Part shown: in pieces, positions 51,701-64,000 of the stretch
Position numbering within the stretch: position 1 is the first letter of the stretch
Layout of the letters: every line of letters starts with the position of its first letter
NCBI GenBank assembly: GCA_002633005.1
Contig: NMRA01000402.1
Location: 25,663-89,662 of the forward strand
Length of the DNA stretch: 64,000 nucleotides
Reading direction: 5' to 3'
From: Phoronis australis
Taxonomy: Eukaryota > Animalia > Phoronida
Made by a program: the position numbers and the translations under genes
Notes under the pieces: model-generated
Database searches by the model: none
The model's input: the letters and a program-made list of their open reading frames with translations, nothing else
Told to the model about the DNA's origin: nothing

Positions 51701-53170
51701 AAATACGATTGTCCCACAAATGATGTCACACCTCGTGATATGTCAATACAATATTTAAGCTTCCGTCTGAAAGGACAGCAGTAAACCATGCTTGGTACAT
51801 TTATTTATTATTCATTTTATAAAATTGAATCACTGGAAATGCAGATAACACAAGACACTAAGTAATGTGCTCCTAATTTTTGTATAAATAGTGAAAAAAT
51901 GTCATACAGTAGTGATTTTTCGTTGGACGAGAAGTTTTGTAATCTAAACTGTTTTTTTCTGGGAACTGCAAATTAACCATTTTCATGGTATCACTCGGAA
52001 TACTACAGGATTGATATAACGTGCACGGTAACATCCAAATAAATATTTCGCTAAAGGATTTATACATGTATGTTGAAAATAACAAAATTGCATATCTATA
52101 TATCTACATATCTATGCTCAATTACTTAAAGTTTTTGGGCTCGTGTTTGTGGAAAAAGACGGATAGTATTCAAATTAAACTGAATTGCTCTTATTTTCTA
52201 CGTCGAAACTAATCACCATCTTTGATTTTGGTATAAAATTCCCAAAATCCGCGTGTCCTTGCATTATCGCGAAACAATTTTGAGTTCCCGGAAAATTCTA
52301 ATCGGTGATGTTAGATCAAAGATCATGATTAGCTTCGATGTGAAACCTCTCGAAATCGGTTTATTTGAATTTTAGTTGCCTTATTCGCCAAACTTTTATT
52401 CGTTTCAGCAACTTTGAAGCTGCCGTGTACTCACCGCTGTAAAAAAATCCTTTGATGGATGTACACTCTACAAGTAAAACTTTCACTCAAGTTGTTCCTT
52501 ATTTAAATGAGAAGGGATTTCTGATCTTGAAATGATTTGATTGCTCGTCATTAGTTGATGTCAGACTGATCCTGCTGGTCATGCCATGAACACAAACAGA
52601 CTACTCTGTAAACTCAGATATAAAAACATTCAAGATACATATATGTGTGTCTATGGGCAGACAGCCACCAATGGTACAATAACATGTTATGTGCAGAGAG
52701 TATCCGGTCCAACAGCGAATCTTCAATTCTTCCAAAGTCCAAGTATAACGTCTTCTCTGTGTAAGGAGCAAGGTATCATTTTTATGACGACAGTAATCCA
52801 AATTTGATCGATTCACTAGGAGTGGACATAACTAAAATTTACATAATTATTGAGTGTGATTGTCCATTGGAATTTATCTCCCGGCGAAGTTGTTTTGGTT
52901 CTCTTCTCCCCGTCTCTGACCTGCAGGTATACAGTAGCCTGTTTCGCCAAGCTTTTTACTGTGACTGGAAAAAGTTTTACATGTTTCTTTGATTTTTCTA
53001 CGACATAAATTCAGTTCATGCTTTTCGCCGTTACGTCTACGAACCAAGGTCGTTGGTAAGCGCTTTCGGTAGCTTATGGCAACGCGACGGCTTTGTTTTC
53101 ATGTTGTAAAGAGACATTTTTCACGAGTACTCTTATTACAATATTGATTTATTTGATTGACTGGAGTGGT

Positions 53171-53361
53171 AGATTAACACACCAAATATACCACAACCTC
53201 GCACAAAGACTGACAGAGATAGGTTAACTCAACTATACCACAACATCGCACAAAGACTGACAAAGATAGATTAACACAAACACACCACAACATCGCACAA
53301 AGACTGACAAAGATAGATTGCCACAAATATACCACAACATCGCACTAAGATTGACGAAGAT
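53171..53361. repeat. Minisatellite, 47-bp unit, 4 copies (AGATTAACACAAATATACCACAACATCGCACAAAGACTGACAAAGAT)
   Basis: Four head-to-tail copies with few substitutions. Confidence 0.9.
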
Positions 53362-56300
53362 GGACTGCCCTATAGAATAAAGAGGATTACAAATAACACC
53401 AGAAGGCACAAGAAAAAAATGAAAAGGGCAATGGTTATGATGACACGAAAAAGTAGTTATTTATTTCTGTCCTGGCCCGTCCCATAAGGAAGTCCAATGT
53501 CAGAACATTTAGTTAAATAATAAATAGATGCATAAACAAATACATATATTAACATAGAAATGAATAAATAATTACATGAATAAGGAGATATGAAGATGAC
53601 TGGTTCAGAGAGGGTGACGATTACATGACAAAATAGATAAAAGATGTACACAGAGATTGTCAATAGTGTGATGTTTTAGAAATATAACAAGGCATAAGAG
53701 TCGTCGATTGCAAATTAATGGAATAAAAACTGCTTACATTTGGTGCCGAAATTTTAGATTCTATTTCTCATGTAAATGATTTGATAGGTTGTTTCATTGC
53801 TAAACACCACTGTAATATAAAGGAAGTTTCTGGCCAAATGCATTGGGGGGGGGGGTGAAAGGATTATAAAATTACATGTACAGGACGTCTTATAATGCTG
53901 TAAAGTGATGAAAAACCACTACAGGTATTATGGCGTTCAAATCTGCGGGTGGAAATGGAACAAAGGTGTGACGGACAAGTATTATAGATACCCACTGCAT
54001 TAGACTTGACTTCAGGAGTCCAACTGCTGTATTCGACAGGCAATATTTTTCCCTAGAGAACTCTTATGCACCGATACTGGTTCTAAGTTATCCACATCTT
54101 TGTAGTCACTTCATTTAGCTTTATACCCACCAGGTGTAGATAACATGGTAAAGTATAAAAGCAGAAACATGCACTTTTATGGTATCTGGGCCCCAGTTTT
54201 ATACTTCGAATAGGGCAGATTGCAAGACAGTGGTAGTGCTTGTCCAAGACCACTCAACATGCCAAGTCACTAGTTTCTAATGCTTATAATCAAACTTTTT
54301 AATACGCTTGTGCGTATTTGCGGCATGTGCAACAACCCTTAAAGTTACCACAGACTAAGACTCAAACACAATCTTTATCTTGCAACGAGGGATATTGGTA
54401 TGTTTAGTTATGACGTCTCATGGCACTAGATGACGCAATCTGGACCCGGACATAATCATAGACATGCCGTCACACTGGGTCTAAAATGACGTCATTCTAA
54501 AAAGAAGTGTTACTTTGCACTGCGCCAGAGACGGTTAGACAATCTACAACAGACGTTCAACACGTCTTAGCAGTAAAACAAATATAGTTAAGTTTTTGTT
54601 TCCAACTTCAACTACTGTAAAAGCTTTGAATATCAGTTTCCATTTGCTCCAAACCATTGTACATACTGGTAGACCAATGCACAGTGTACAGTTAAAGGCC
54701 TTGCAGGGGTCTTGCGTTTTGAGAGCCAGTTTTCTCCTTTGACTAACACTAAGTGACTATTGTCATCTACATGTATAAGTGTCCCTAAAAGACCGGCCAC
54801 CCATACGGTACAACAAGATTTCGAATGACATGTGGCGAATTGATTATGATACATTTGTACTATCTTTTCGGACTGTACTAGGGCCAGATCCTATAAAGAT
54901 CTGTGGCAACTAAACGACATTTTGTCAGAGTGGTACCGTTGGCAGCAGTTGAGACAGTCCAAAGCAACGTGATTAGAAAAATTGAACTGCGATACAATGA
55001 GTATCAGCATTATTGCAAGCCAAAACCTCCACTGTAGGCTTTCATACACTCAATGACGTGAATGGAAATTCAACATGCGTCATTTCAAATTTCAGGATGA
55101 GTCGTGCAACGCCAATGAAATAGGTGATATTTCTGCGCATTTTTTGGCCTGATGAGGGTGTTTATGTACGTTTCGGTAACAGAAAACAAGTTCTGTCATG
55201 GTGAGGATATTTCTGAAACCGATTTTATATGATTGTAGGGTCTAATTCGATTTTCGTTTTTAGCCACCTAAACAGAGCGAGGTGTGGCTTTAAGCTAGGT
55301 GTACGACTGGGCGCCTACGACCATAGCCTAGAGTCTTAAAGGAGAACGCCACCCAAAAACAACCTATTTTGAATCAATTTAGATCGAGTAGTTCTACTCT
55401 ATAACGGCACGTTCGGTTGCATTACCTGACACCTGACGGCAGATGGAGGTGTTTAAATTATCCAATGACGTCATTGGTTTCACACGCAGTCTGTTCAGCA
55501 GTTCACAAAACTGGTTACTGGTGTCAGCTTATCAATTGAATTCATCGTTTAATACCAAAAAATCATCGCATTTCGATGTAAAACCCTTAAAAATACACGA
55601 GTTCTTACAAAAACGTATTGTTTTGTTTCGGACACACCGTAACCTACAAAGTTCGGCAGGCCAATTTACCAAGGTGGCGTAGCAGGAGCTTGGGATCTCT
55701 TCGGAGATAAATTCGAAGTATTCTTCCGTGAAATACAGACAAGAAAACTCAGGTCTGTGTTGTTTAGACTTGTGATTTTTGATTTTTAAGCACAAATTGA
55801 TTGTTATCCCGGCCAGTGGCTCGGAACCCGATAAGACCCGTCGAGGCCGCCGGGACTGGCACGAACATAAACCAGCTTGAGTTGTAAAATAAACCTCCAG
55901 TCACGAAAAGACTACAATAGTGAGCCAAAGAAATAATGTGCACGTAATTATTTATGTGAATTAGCCACGAAACTGAAAATCCAAGGACCGTCAGGGCAAA
56001 GGTAGTGCAGTAACAATAATTTGAATAATGTATTTGTATTTCTAAAAAAAGATTCCCCTAACCATAGCATATAAAATCGTGCAATTGTTTCACAACAGAT
56101 ATCTGTCAGCAAACACTGAATTAGCATGCGCTCACACGGCTTCGGTGCCCGGTCAATTACCCTTATTGCCAGCATCAAAAGCCGGTAACGCAGTGATTTA
56201 TTCATTGCTTGCTTCTCAACATTTGCACTCACGCTTACTAGAAATGCATTACAAATTGTATCTCATGAGACAGACTTTGTTTCAGTTTTCTATAAGCATT

Positions 56301-59300
56301 GGTTAGGGTGAGAAAAGTTCATTTTGAAACAGAACGAATATTAAACGTCTACGATCGCCACGCGCCAATCCCGACTTAGTCAAGAGCTCATCCGACGAAG
56401 ACTTCACGGGTCGGATCCTTAGATTTCACAGGCAATCAGTTCGAACCGGAATACACTGATCAAGAAATACTAGAGAGGCGCCGAGAACATGCACAGGCAA
56501 CGGAAAATATGGATAGTTCTATGGTAAACCGGAATTCGTCAGAGAAATCACTGTCGACGAAATGCCCGCCATAAACACGGAGATGTTTCACTACCTCATA
56601 CTTGCTATTAACAGCGTATCTTTCATTCTCCACTACCGCGAGCTACTTCCTAAGCATTTCGAGCTCTCGAGGAAATCGAAAACCGATATACCCGCTTTCT
56701 TTGCAGCTTCATAGTTCGGACAAGCGGGAGCGATGCACCTCAATATTGCGGCATTCACTCTGCAGAGGAACCAATGACGTAGCTGCGTCGTTTCTCACCA
56801 TCCTCACAGGTTAACGCGACACCTCTCGGCAACGTGAGGTCGACCGTAAAAGAGGCGATGTGGTTATAGACCGATTAAGACGGTAAAAAAGACTAATTAA
56901 ATCGGATGGCATTCTCATTTAAGTCAGAAATTTAGTCTTACGCTCCACACAATTATTTCATAAAAATAACTTAATCTCATTTGAGCAAAACTGCAAAGTG
57001 TCTGAGAGTGTGCGTATATCTCCTGATTACTGAAAAAAATTCTATGAATTATTTCTAGACTGTGATGTGCTCATAAGAATTTGGCTAAACCTTTATTCAA
57101 TAGTTGTGTAGTGGGAGTGTAGGACTAAATTCCTGACTTATGTCTTTTAAGACTTTTGTCATTTTTCGTAAAACAGACGCCAGGAGCGCACTACTTTGAT
57201 ATCAACATTCTGCATCGGCCTGTCTGGCACTTAAAAACTGCCATGTTTAACGTTTTGTAATTCTAATCAAATTCTGTCGTTAAATATCTAAACCTGCAAT
57301 ACGCCTATATGTGTTAGAACTATGTCAAGAACTTATTTTTGATTTCGACCACTCACACTATACAACCAGATAACAGCCAATATCGTACCGTTTCGAACGA
57401 GGGTGCGCTGAACTCGACTACATGTGATAGGTGAGTTACTTAGTCTTAAAACTGCATGTCTACATGAAGCTAAAAAGTGAAAACCGGATTTGTCTTTCTA
57501 CTCTACTAAAATCGATATCATAATATTCCTAACCGTGATAGGATTCTGTTCCCTTTACCAACTGAAGCCAAGGGCAATGCAATTTTCGATTTCGTGGTTG
57601 ACAACCCCCCAAAATTGAAGCGTTTTCTTGTACCGTTCATGGTTTTGATGCTCTTTTTGGTAATGGGAAACGGATCCTACCACATTAAGAAATATTATGA
57701 AATCGATTTTGCGAGACTGAAATGTCTCATTCGGTTTCCGTTTTTAGCATCCAAAGAGGGTGGAATGCAAATTCAAAATATCTTTGAACTGACAACAAAT
57801 ACATGAAATATGCTTGTAATTATATATGTGAAAACTGAGTCCTTAGTTCAATGAAAATAAATGAAGACCAAAAGATTCCTGTTTACTTTTACTAAAATTC
57901 ACCGCCGGGCAAACACAAACTTTACAAGTGTGCTGGATATTTGGAGAACACAGTCGAGTCTCTGTTGGGACTGTGTCGGGCAACCGGTCACTGGCTCTCA
58001 AAATACATTGACAACTCGTCATTTGCTGCAATACTCTTTAAATTCTCTGATAATACACACATATCACGCCAAAATGACATAGATGGTTCTGGTCTATTTT
58101 TTGAAAATTGGGTGGCTGACGAGTTGTTTTACTGTCTCACTTTTTCAAAGAAAGATAATCCAAAATAAGACGATCAAAAAGGACGTGGATTTGTTTTATA
58201 AATAGCCTGGCAAATCATGGCGTTTCAAATCTTGCACCCGCCTTTGTACAACTTTTCAAAAGACAGTGAGCGCAGGTCTCAAAATAAATCGGGGTAAAGA
58301 CCAAAAGCACTGTTGCTTTTTTCCTAACTGTCACTTACAGGGATTATGTCTGTAAATTATTTCTAAACTTTTACGTACTCATAATTTCCTGATTAAATCT
58401 TAATGCAGTAGTTGTGAAGTGAGATTGTAAGACAAAGTTCTTGTCCTTAGTTTCAAGTCACTTTTCAAGAAACAAACCCCTCAAAAACATAATGCGACGT
58501 TTGTAGTTAACAAAATTCAAATTTTCATAACTCTCCGAACAATACTTTTGCAACATTTTAACCCAACAATCGGCATGCGTACAGTTCCATTTTTTCCAAT
58601 TTTGGTGCCAAAGATCTTCGTGAGAATAAAAAGAATAATCTTTCAATGTTTTTATTCGTCGTATTAATACTGGGTTATTATAAAAAATTCTCACGTAAAC
58701 ATAATAGTTCGCTCATTAACCTTTAACGCACAATCACTTCAAAAATCAGCCACGTACTTGCTCTCGCATCAAAAGATATTTTAATTTTAAAAGACGCAGT
58801 AAAACTCGCCTCGTATAAGTCGTACCACTCACTACGATTGCCAGTTGTCTTGTTGAACCCTGCACCGTTCTTAAATTGGTCCTAAATAGTTCCATGCCCG
58901 TGTCACCAATGTTCTTGGGAAGAAGTGGCAGATCGGTGGTGCTTGATCTATAAACTATCATCAACCGACTAGCTGATCGTTAGTTTTCTAACCAAGAAAT
59001 ATCTTTAAACCTATTTAAGAAATTTATTGAGATCTGTTTTATATCGACAATTGAATTAAATCCACTATTATCACCGGACAGATGATGATGCTTCAGATTT
59101 TAAGTGGCGTATTCGGCGACAACAAAGTTCAACAGCATTACGCAAATTTGTCTCAGACTACACTTCAACAGTTTTGAGGAGCCAATTCATCAAAATACTC
59201 CGATTTTCTTACTTAAATATGTTTTCATAGGCTTATATTTTCGCAAAATCTGCGAGCCCAGTGACCCTCGACCTGCCAGACAGTTACATCACGTGACACC

Positions 59301-62300
59301 TTTAGGTAGGCCTACCTCTCTACTACATGTAGCTGCAAGCTCATTTTGATCGCACTGCTATTTTTGGACATTTTCGCGGGTATATCTTTAAATTGTTAGA
59401 ATTCGACAGATTATATGTCATTACATGCAGACGCATAACAGATAATTGTCTCGGCTGCTCTAAACTGTCTACACTGGGGTTTGTGGAGAGAAGTAAGTTA
59501 TGTATTGTGTACAAACTCACCGCCTTGTCCTGTACATCACCAATTTCAACTTCAGACCGGAGTTAATCAGGTGGTTAAGAAGTAAAAACTATTTTTGTCT
59601 TTCAGCTTTAGAAACAGTGGCACGAACGAGTTCCATCAGTAGGCAGTAAATTAAAAACCCATGCCTGTCTACATGTAGATTCTGTAAACTATTCGAAACT
59701 TGTCAGCTCCCAGATTAACTCGGTTTCACAAGCCTACAGTAGCAGACTCTCCGTAATTAAAAAATCACATCTAACGGGCCACCTGTAGTTACCATAAAGC
59801 GACTCTCAACCCGTTGATTACCTGTTCCAGCAGAGATAAAGACGCACGTTCCGGTTTCTCTAATGCTGACATGCCGGAGTCTCTCTCCTAATGTACGCGA
59901 GCGACATGGTCACGTGTCCATTTGATGCGTATAATCTAAGTGCTTTATTACAATAAATTAATGAGCAGAAATATTTCGTAACTTGATATGTCGATAACTT
60001 ATATCAGTGCAAGGCGGAACGTGATTCGACTAGTATGAAAGCACCGGCGACATCGCTCAACTCGCATGGAGAGGCGAGTGACCCTTAGTGCATATCAAAT
60101 CTGCATAAGTTTAGAACATAACTTAACTACGGCAATGAGTGGGAGTAAGTTGTTTTAGTTTTGATTAAAAGTGATAGGAAACACTAGAATGCGTTTTGTG
60201 TGTTGTCTATAAGCTGTTTTACACTGCCGTCAGAGTGAACATGTTTGAAAAAGTCGAAAACTCGTTTTCATGGTAACCGTTTTACGGATTTTGAATATAT
60301 TTCCAAATTACCGAAGCTGTTTGGATGCTACCATTGTTTATTGACTCTAATGTAAGAAAACTCTCTCAGACTTATCGCTCCACCACCGACCGGTGGGTAT
60401 TAATCATAAAATTCGCGTATTTCTGTCAGTCCTCAGTGTTCGTGTTTAACTAACAACGTCAAATGGGATGCCAGTAAAGAAACCTCACGAATATGTTCTA
60501 AAATCCCGTACGTAAATTTGTGGCCTTAAAGGATTGAAATTATGTATTTACTGGGAACGTTTAAAAATGCAACGATCCTGAATTAGAACTACGATTGCAC
60601 GATCATAATTGTCACTTTCAGGTAAAATGTTGAAGCTTACTGTTTACTGAATTTTGCACTGCATGATAGTCATTATTTAGCAATGATTTAACTATCAAAA
60701 TTTTCAAAACGTGCAGGAAATTTGCCACGTGATCTTCTATTACGTCACAAGAAACCAATCAGTGGTTAACAGGGACACTGGATTTTTTTATAGTGAATCA
60801 ATCGCAATAAACTGTCCATTTCCCCTGATCGCCGTCGACTAGGTTTGTATTCTTCACCTTCAGTGTCATTGTCGGAATCATCCGATAACAAAGTTGCCTC
60901 ATCCATTTAACCACCCGTAACCCCTTGGGTATTTTCGTGACCACACATGTGCAAACTTCAATCATAACAGCAATGACTTCAGACACTAACACGTCTCAAA
61001 AGCATGCCTAGGTCATTCTCAATTCATAGTCTGCCTCGTGATGTTTGTATCAACACCACGTAGTGTTATCACTAAGGTACCCCGTCGCACTTGACTGAAT
61101 TCTCCATTTTGAAATTCATATGGCTAGCTGTAACGACTGAAGTTCGCATACACTTAAGCGCAGTTCTGGGGCCTGTTCCAACAAAAAATGTAGTTTAGAC
61201 AAATCTTAAATTTTAGTAAATTTTAAGATAAAAATTATATTTGTCTCAAGACTGCTTCAAGAAAGAGATATTTAGTTCGACTGAAGTTTTTTTTTCTTAA
61301 ATTTGACTATCTTAACGGATGTTGAAGTTTCAAAGTTTGGACGTTGAGACAAATTGACAATTACTTTGATTCACCAACCTCAACAAACGGATAAATGAAT
61401 TTGCCTGAGCCGGCAACACGGGATGTCCTCTCTAAATGTTGGCCTGTCGCTCTCTGCCCTAAGTTCATGTAAGAACGGTGGCAAAAAACTACTACTAACT
61501 AAACTTGGAAAAGCTGTTATGGGAATTTATTCAGGCGAGTTGATTTCTTTATGAATTAATTAACCATTTCTCAAGTCGCAAAGAGGCTCAAAAAGCGGTG
61601 GAGCGTTTTGGATACTGTAATGTAAACGTTTAGTGCACCACTTCAGTGTAGACTTGATCCATCTCTGACACATGTACCTGAGCCATTTGGAGTTGTTACC
61701 CTGTTTCGTGTTTTATTTCCCAAAAATCAAAGTCAAATTAGATAATTTCTCGAACATCACTTCACTTTATTACCCCGAGGTGTGACAATGAGGAAATAGT
61801 AAGAGTAAACAGGCGTTGTAAAGTCAGAGCTACATGATGATTACTACGCAATTAGCCAGGTTAAAAAGAGATTCTGTGAGAAAAGTCGTCCATAACACAT
61901 TAATAGTGCGTTTGCCGTTGGTTTTGTGTTCCAAACCTTAGGTGACGGTTGATTTACCCCTCCACAGAAATAACAATTTTGATTGATTTGAGTAAAGATT
62001 TATAATGACTAGGACAGGTTTATGTTACTTTCAATAATCAAAGTGTATTTGATTTCTCATATTATTCAAAATATGCAGTGTTTCAAATGGGATTCTCAGG
62101 CAGTTGCTCCCTGAATTCTTTCTCTACACCGATGGGGTTGAAAACGTCTCCTCCGTGTTAAAGTTTTTTTGTTGCAAATGAACCCAAAGGTTTTAATCTA
62201 GATAGGAACTCAAATCAAACAGCATACATGTAGTATAGCCCGGAAGAACCCACTCTTCTGAGCGGCCTGTCCCGTACAATGCCTATGCCGCAGTACCCAC

Positions 62301-63000
62301 TGGCATAATTTTCTTATCCCTTCTTCTTCGCGCTAAGTCAAATCTCACTGTGAAGATATTACTGGTACAGAGAATCCGCCTCAGGAAAGATATTTAATAT
62401 TTAACTGAGTAACCGAAGGTTTTAAACCCATAATACATTATATTGAATACGTCCACACTGATTTTATTCGGGGCCTGGAATTAAGGGACACTGTACTTGT
62501 AGGTTTTACAACTGGCAAACGAGATTTTTAGGGTTATTGTTGAATAGGACAGACTTTTTAAACTTATTATAATTATTTGACCAGAGTTGTGGAAGTACCA
62601 AATCTGTCGTTTTTACGATTTTGTTACAAATCGCTTATTGTTTATCAAGTAATTTGTTCCCACGGTAGAAACAAAGGATCCCCAGGTGCGCCTTTTAAAC
62701 GCATTATCGTGACAGATGACCGTCAAGGTTACTTAGGATCATTGAAAACTGTCCAAACTAATGGCATCATGTTTCAGAAAGGACTGCTTGGATTCAAATG
62801 GAACTTTTACTTTCAGCACTGTCCTCCAAAATGTTATTGGTTGGTTTTAAAATGTTCCCCCTTTGCATACGGGGTTATCAAAAATGGACTGCATGAGAAA
62901 CTAGCCAAAGTAGCATGATAGGAAAACTAAATGGCAATTTAGAAAACGACAACATTGCTGTTGTGTAATGAATGTACCTGTCTTTTGTACTAAATTTTGC

Positions 63001-63720
63001 TTGAATGGCATGGTTACATGTACGTGACCCAATCAATGACAGATCGGTGCGTATATAGTTTTGCACGATTTTTGAAATACGCACGAAAGAAAAACTATGT
63101 AGTTACCATAGATTTTCTAATCTCCATCCCACTTATGATAAATGGGCGCATGCGCTCACACTCAATTGTGTAAAGTCGCTTGAAGTCAAAGGTCACATTT
63201 TCCATATAAGGGAAATGTGAAACGTCTATGTCTTGTCATACCAAATAAGGAGTCGTGCTTTGTCTTATGGGAGAAAAATCGACGATGTGGCGAGCAGTTG
63301 ACAAATCGTTCTTTGAAATTTGAAACTAAAAGAAAATGCTTTGACATCAACAGGAACTAGAAAATTTTACGAACGAAACCTAAAAATACCTGGTGAAAAG
63401 GTTGAATTCTTTTTCAGTGGCAGAGAACCACTTTCAATATTGCAATTTAGCCTGCTTATATCGTTCCACGCCTCTTTAATACACAGATTTGTGGATGGCA
63501 CACATACCTTAATTCAGCCAGATCGGTTTCTGAGAAACAATTTGTGTAAAATGAATAGGTTTGATTCGATTTGTGCACCGGATGTGATGTATATCTGTTT
63601 GAATTGATTAGATTTAATTGATCACGACCGAGGATGGTGATTTGGATGGGAGAATACCACGAAGATATCGATACGAAAAAATATAAAACGAATGGTTTTT
63701 TCCACACTTTTGAAAATCTC
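63001..63720. mobile_element. Second, diverged copy of the 33170-34269 non-autonomous element
   Basis: Shared blocks in the same order (TTTT.AAATACGC.CGAA, CATCCCACTTATGATAAA, CGTGCTTTG.CTT.TGGGAGAAAAATC, ACATCAACAG); boundaries approximate. Confidence 0.55.
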
Positions 63721-64000
63721 TGGAGAATAATTCAAATAATTCAATAAGAGCATACTTTTAAGTGATTGATTCGCCTGTGCCATTAAACCTGAAAATACAT
63801 TTCAGTCATCACCCCCATCAAAGTTGGATTCTGAATATGGTTACATGTACTTCCCAGAATGTCAAGTTCAATGTTTATATTCCGGGAACATTGATGTTGT
63901 GAGCATTTCTTATAATAAAAGGAACACAACAAGTATATCTAAGACTTAATTAATTTAATGGACAGGTGGATCAGCCTTTACTTCAAAAAGTAGATAATTT

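Noticed and set aside
53171-53361. Repeat-spacer array
   Set aside because: The 47-bp units are similar along their whole length; this is a minisatellite.

Overview
AT-rich, intron-containing animal genomic DNA, probably from a marine invertebrate (lophotrochozoan-like; inference), with assembly gaps. Three spliced genes can be built from GT-AG boundaries that keep frame. (1) CIB1, calcium- and integrin-binding protein 1, + strand, exons 2-7 at 893-10420; exon 1 lies upstream of the window. (2) CIMIP2C/FAM166C, a ciliary microtubule inner protein, - strand, 4 exons at 18953-12879, 215 aa, convergent with CIB1. (3) An orexin/allatotropin-type class A GPCR, - strand, 5 coding exons at 40871-27842, 429 aa. 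The rest is introns and intergenic DNA with decayed mobile elements: a TTAA-flanked, internally deleted Kolobok element keeping convergent THAP and KolX/P2X7-like ORF starts, two copies of a Helitron-like element (one inserted inside a tRNA-derived SINE), an Academ-like transposase remnant just past the GPCR stop, a LINE 3' end, MITEs and tandem repeats. I found no convincing wholly new biological system. The most notable items are the Kolobok architecture, a decayed duplicate of CIB1 exon 5, unusual TM3 residues in the receptor, and strong enrichment of the palindrome TACATGTA.
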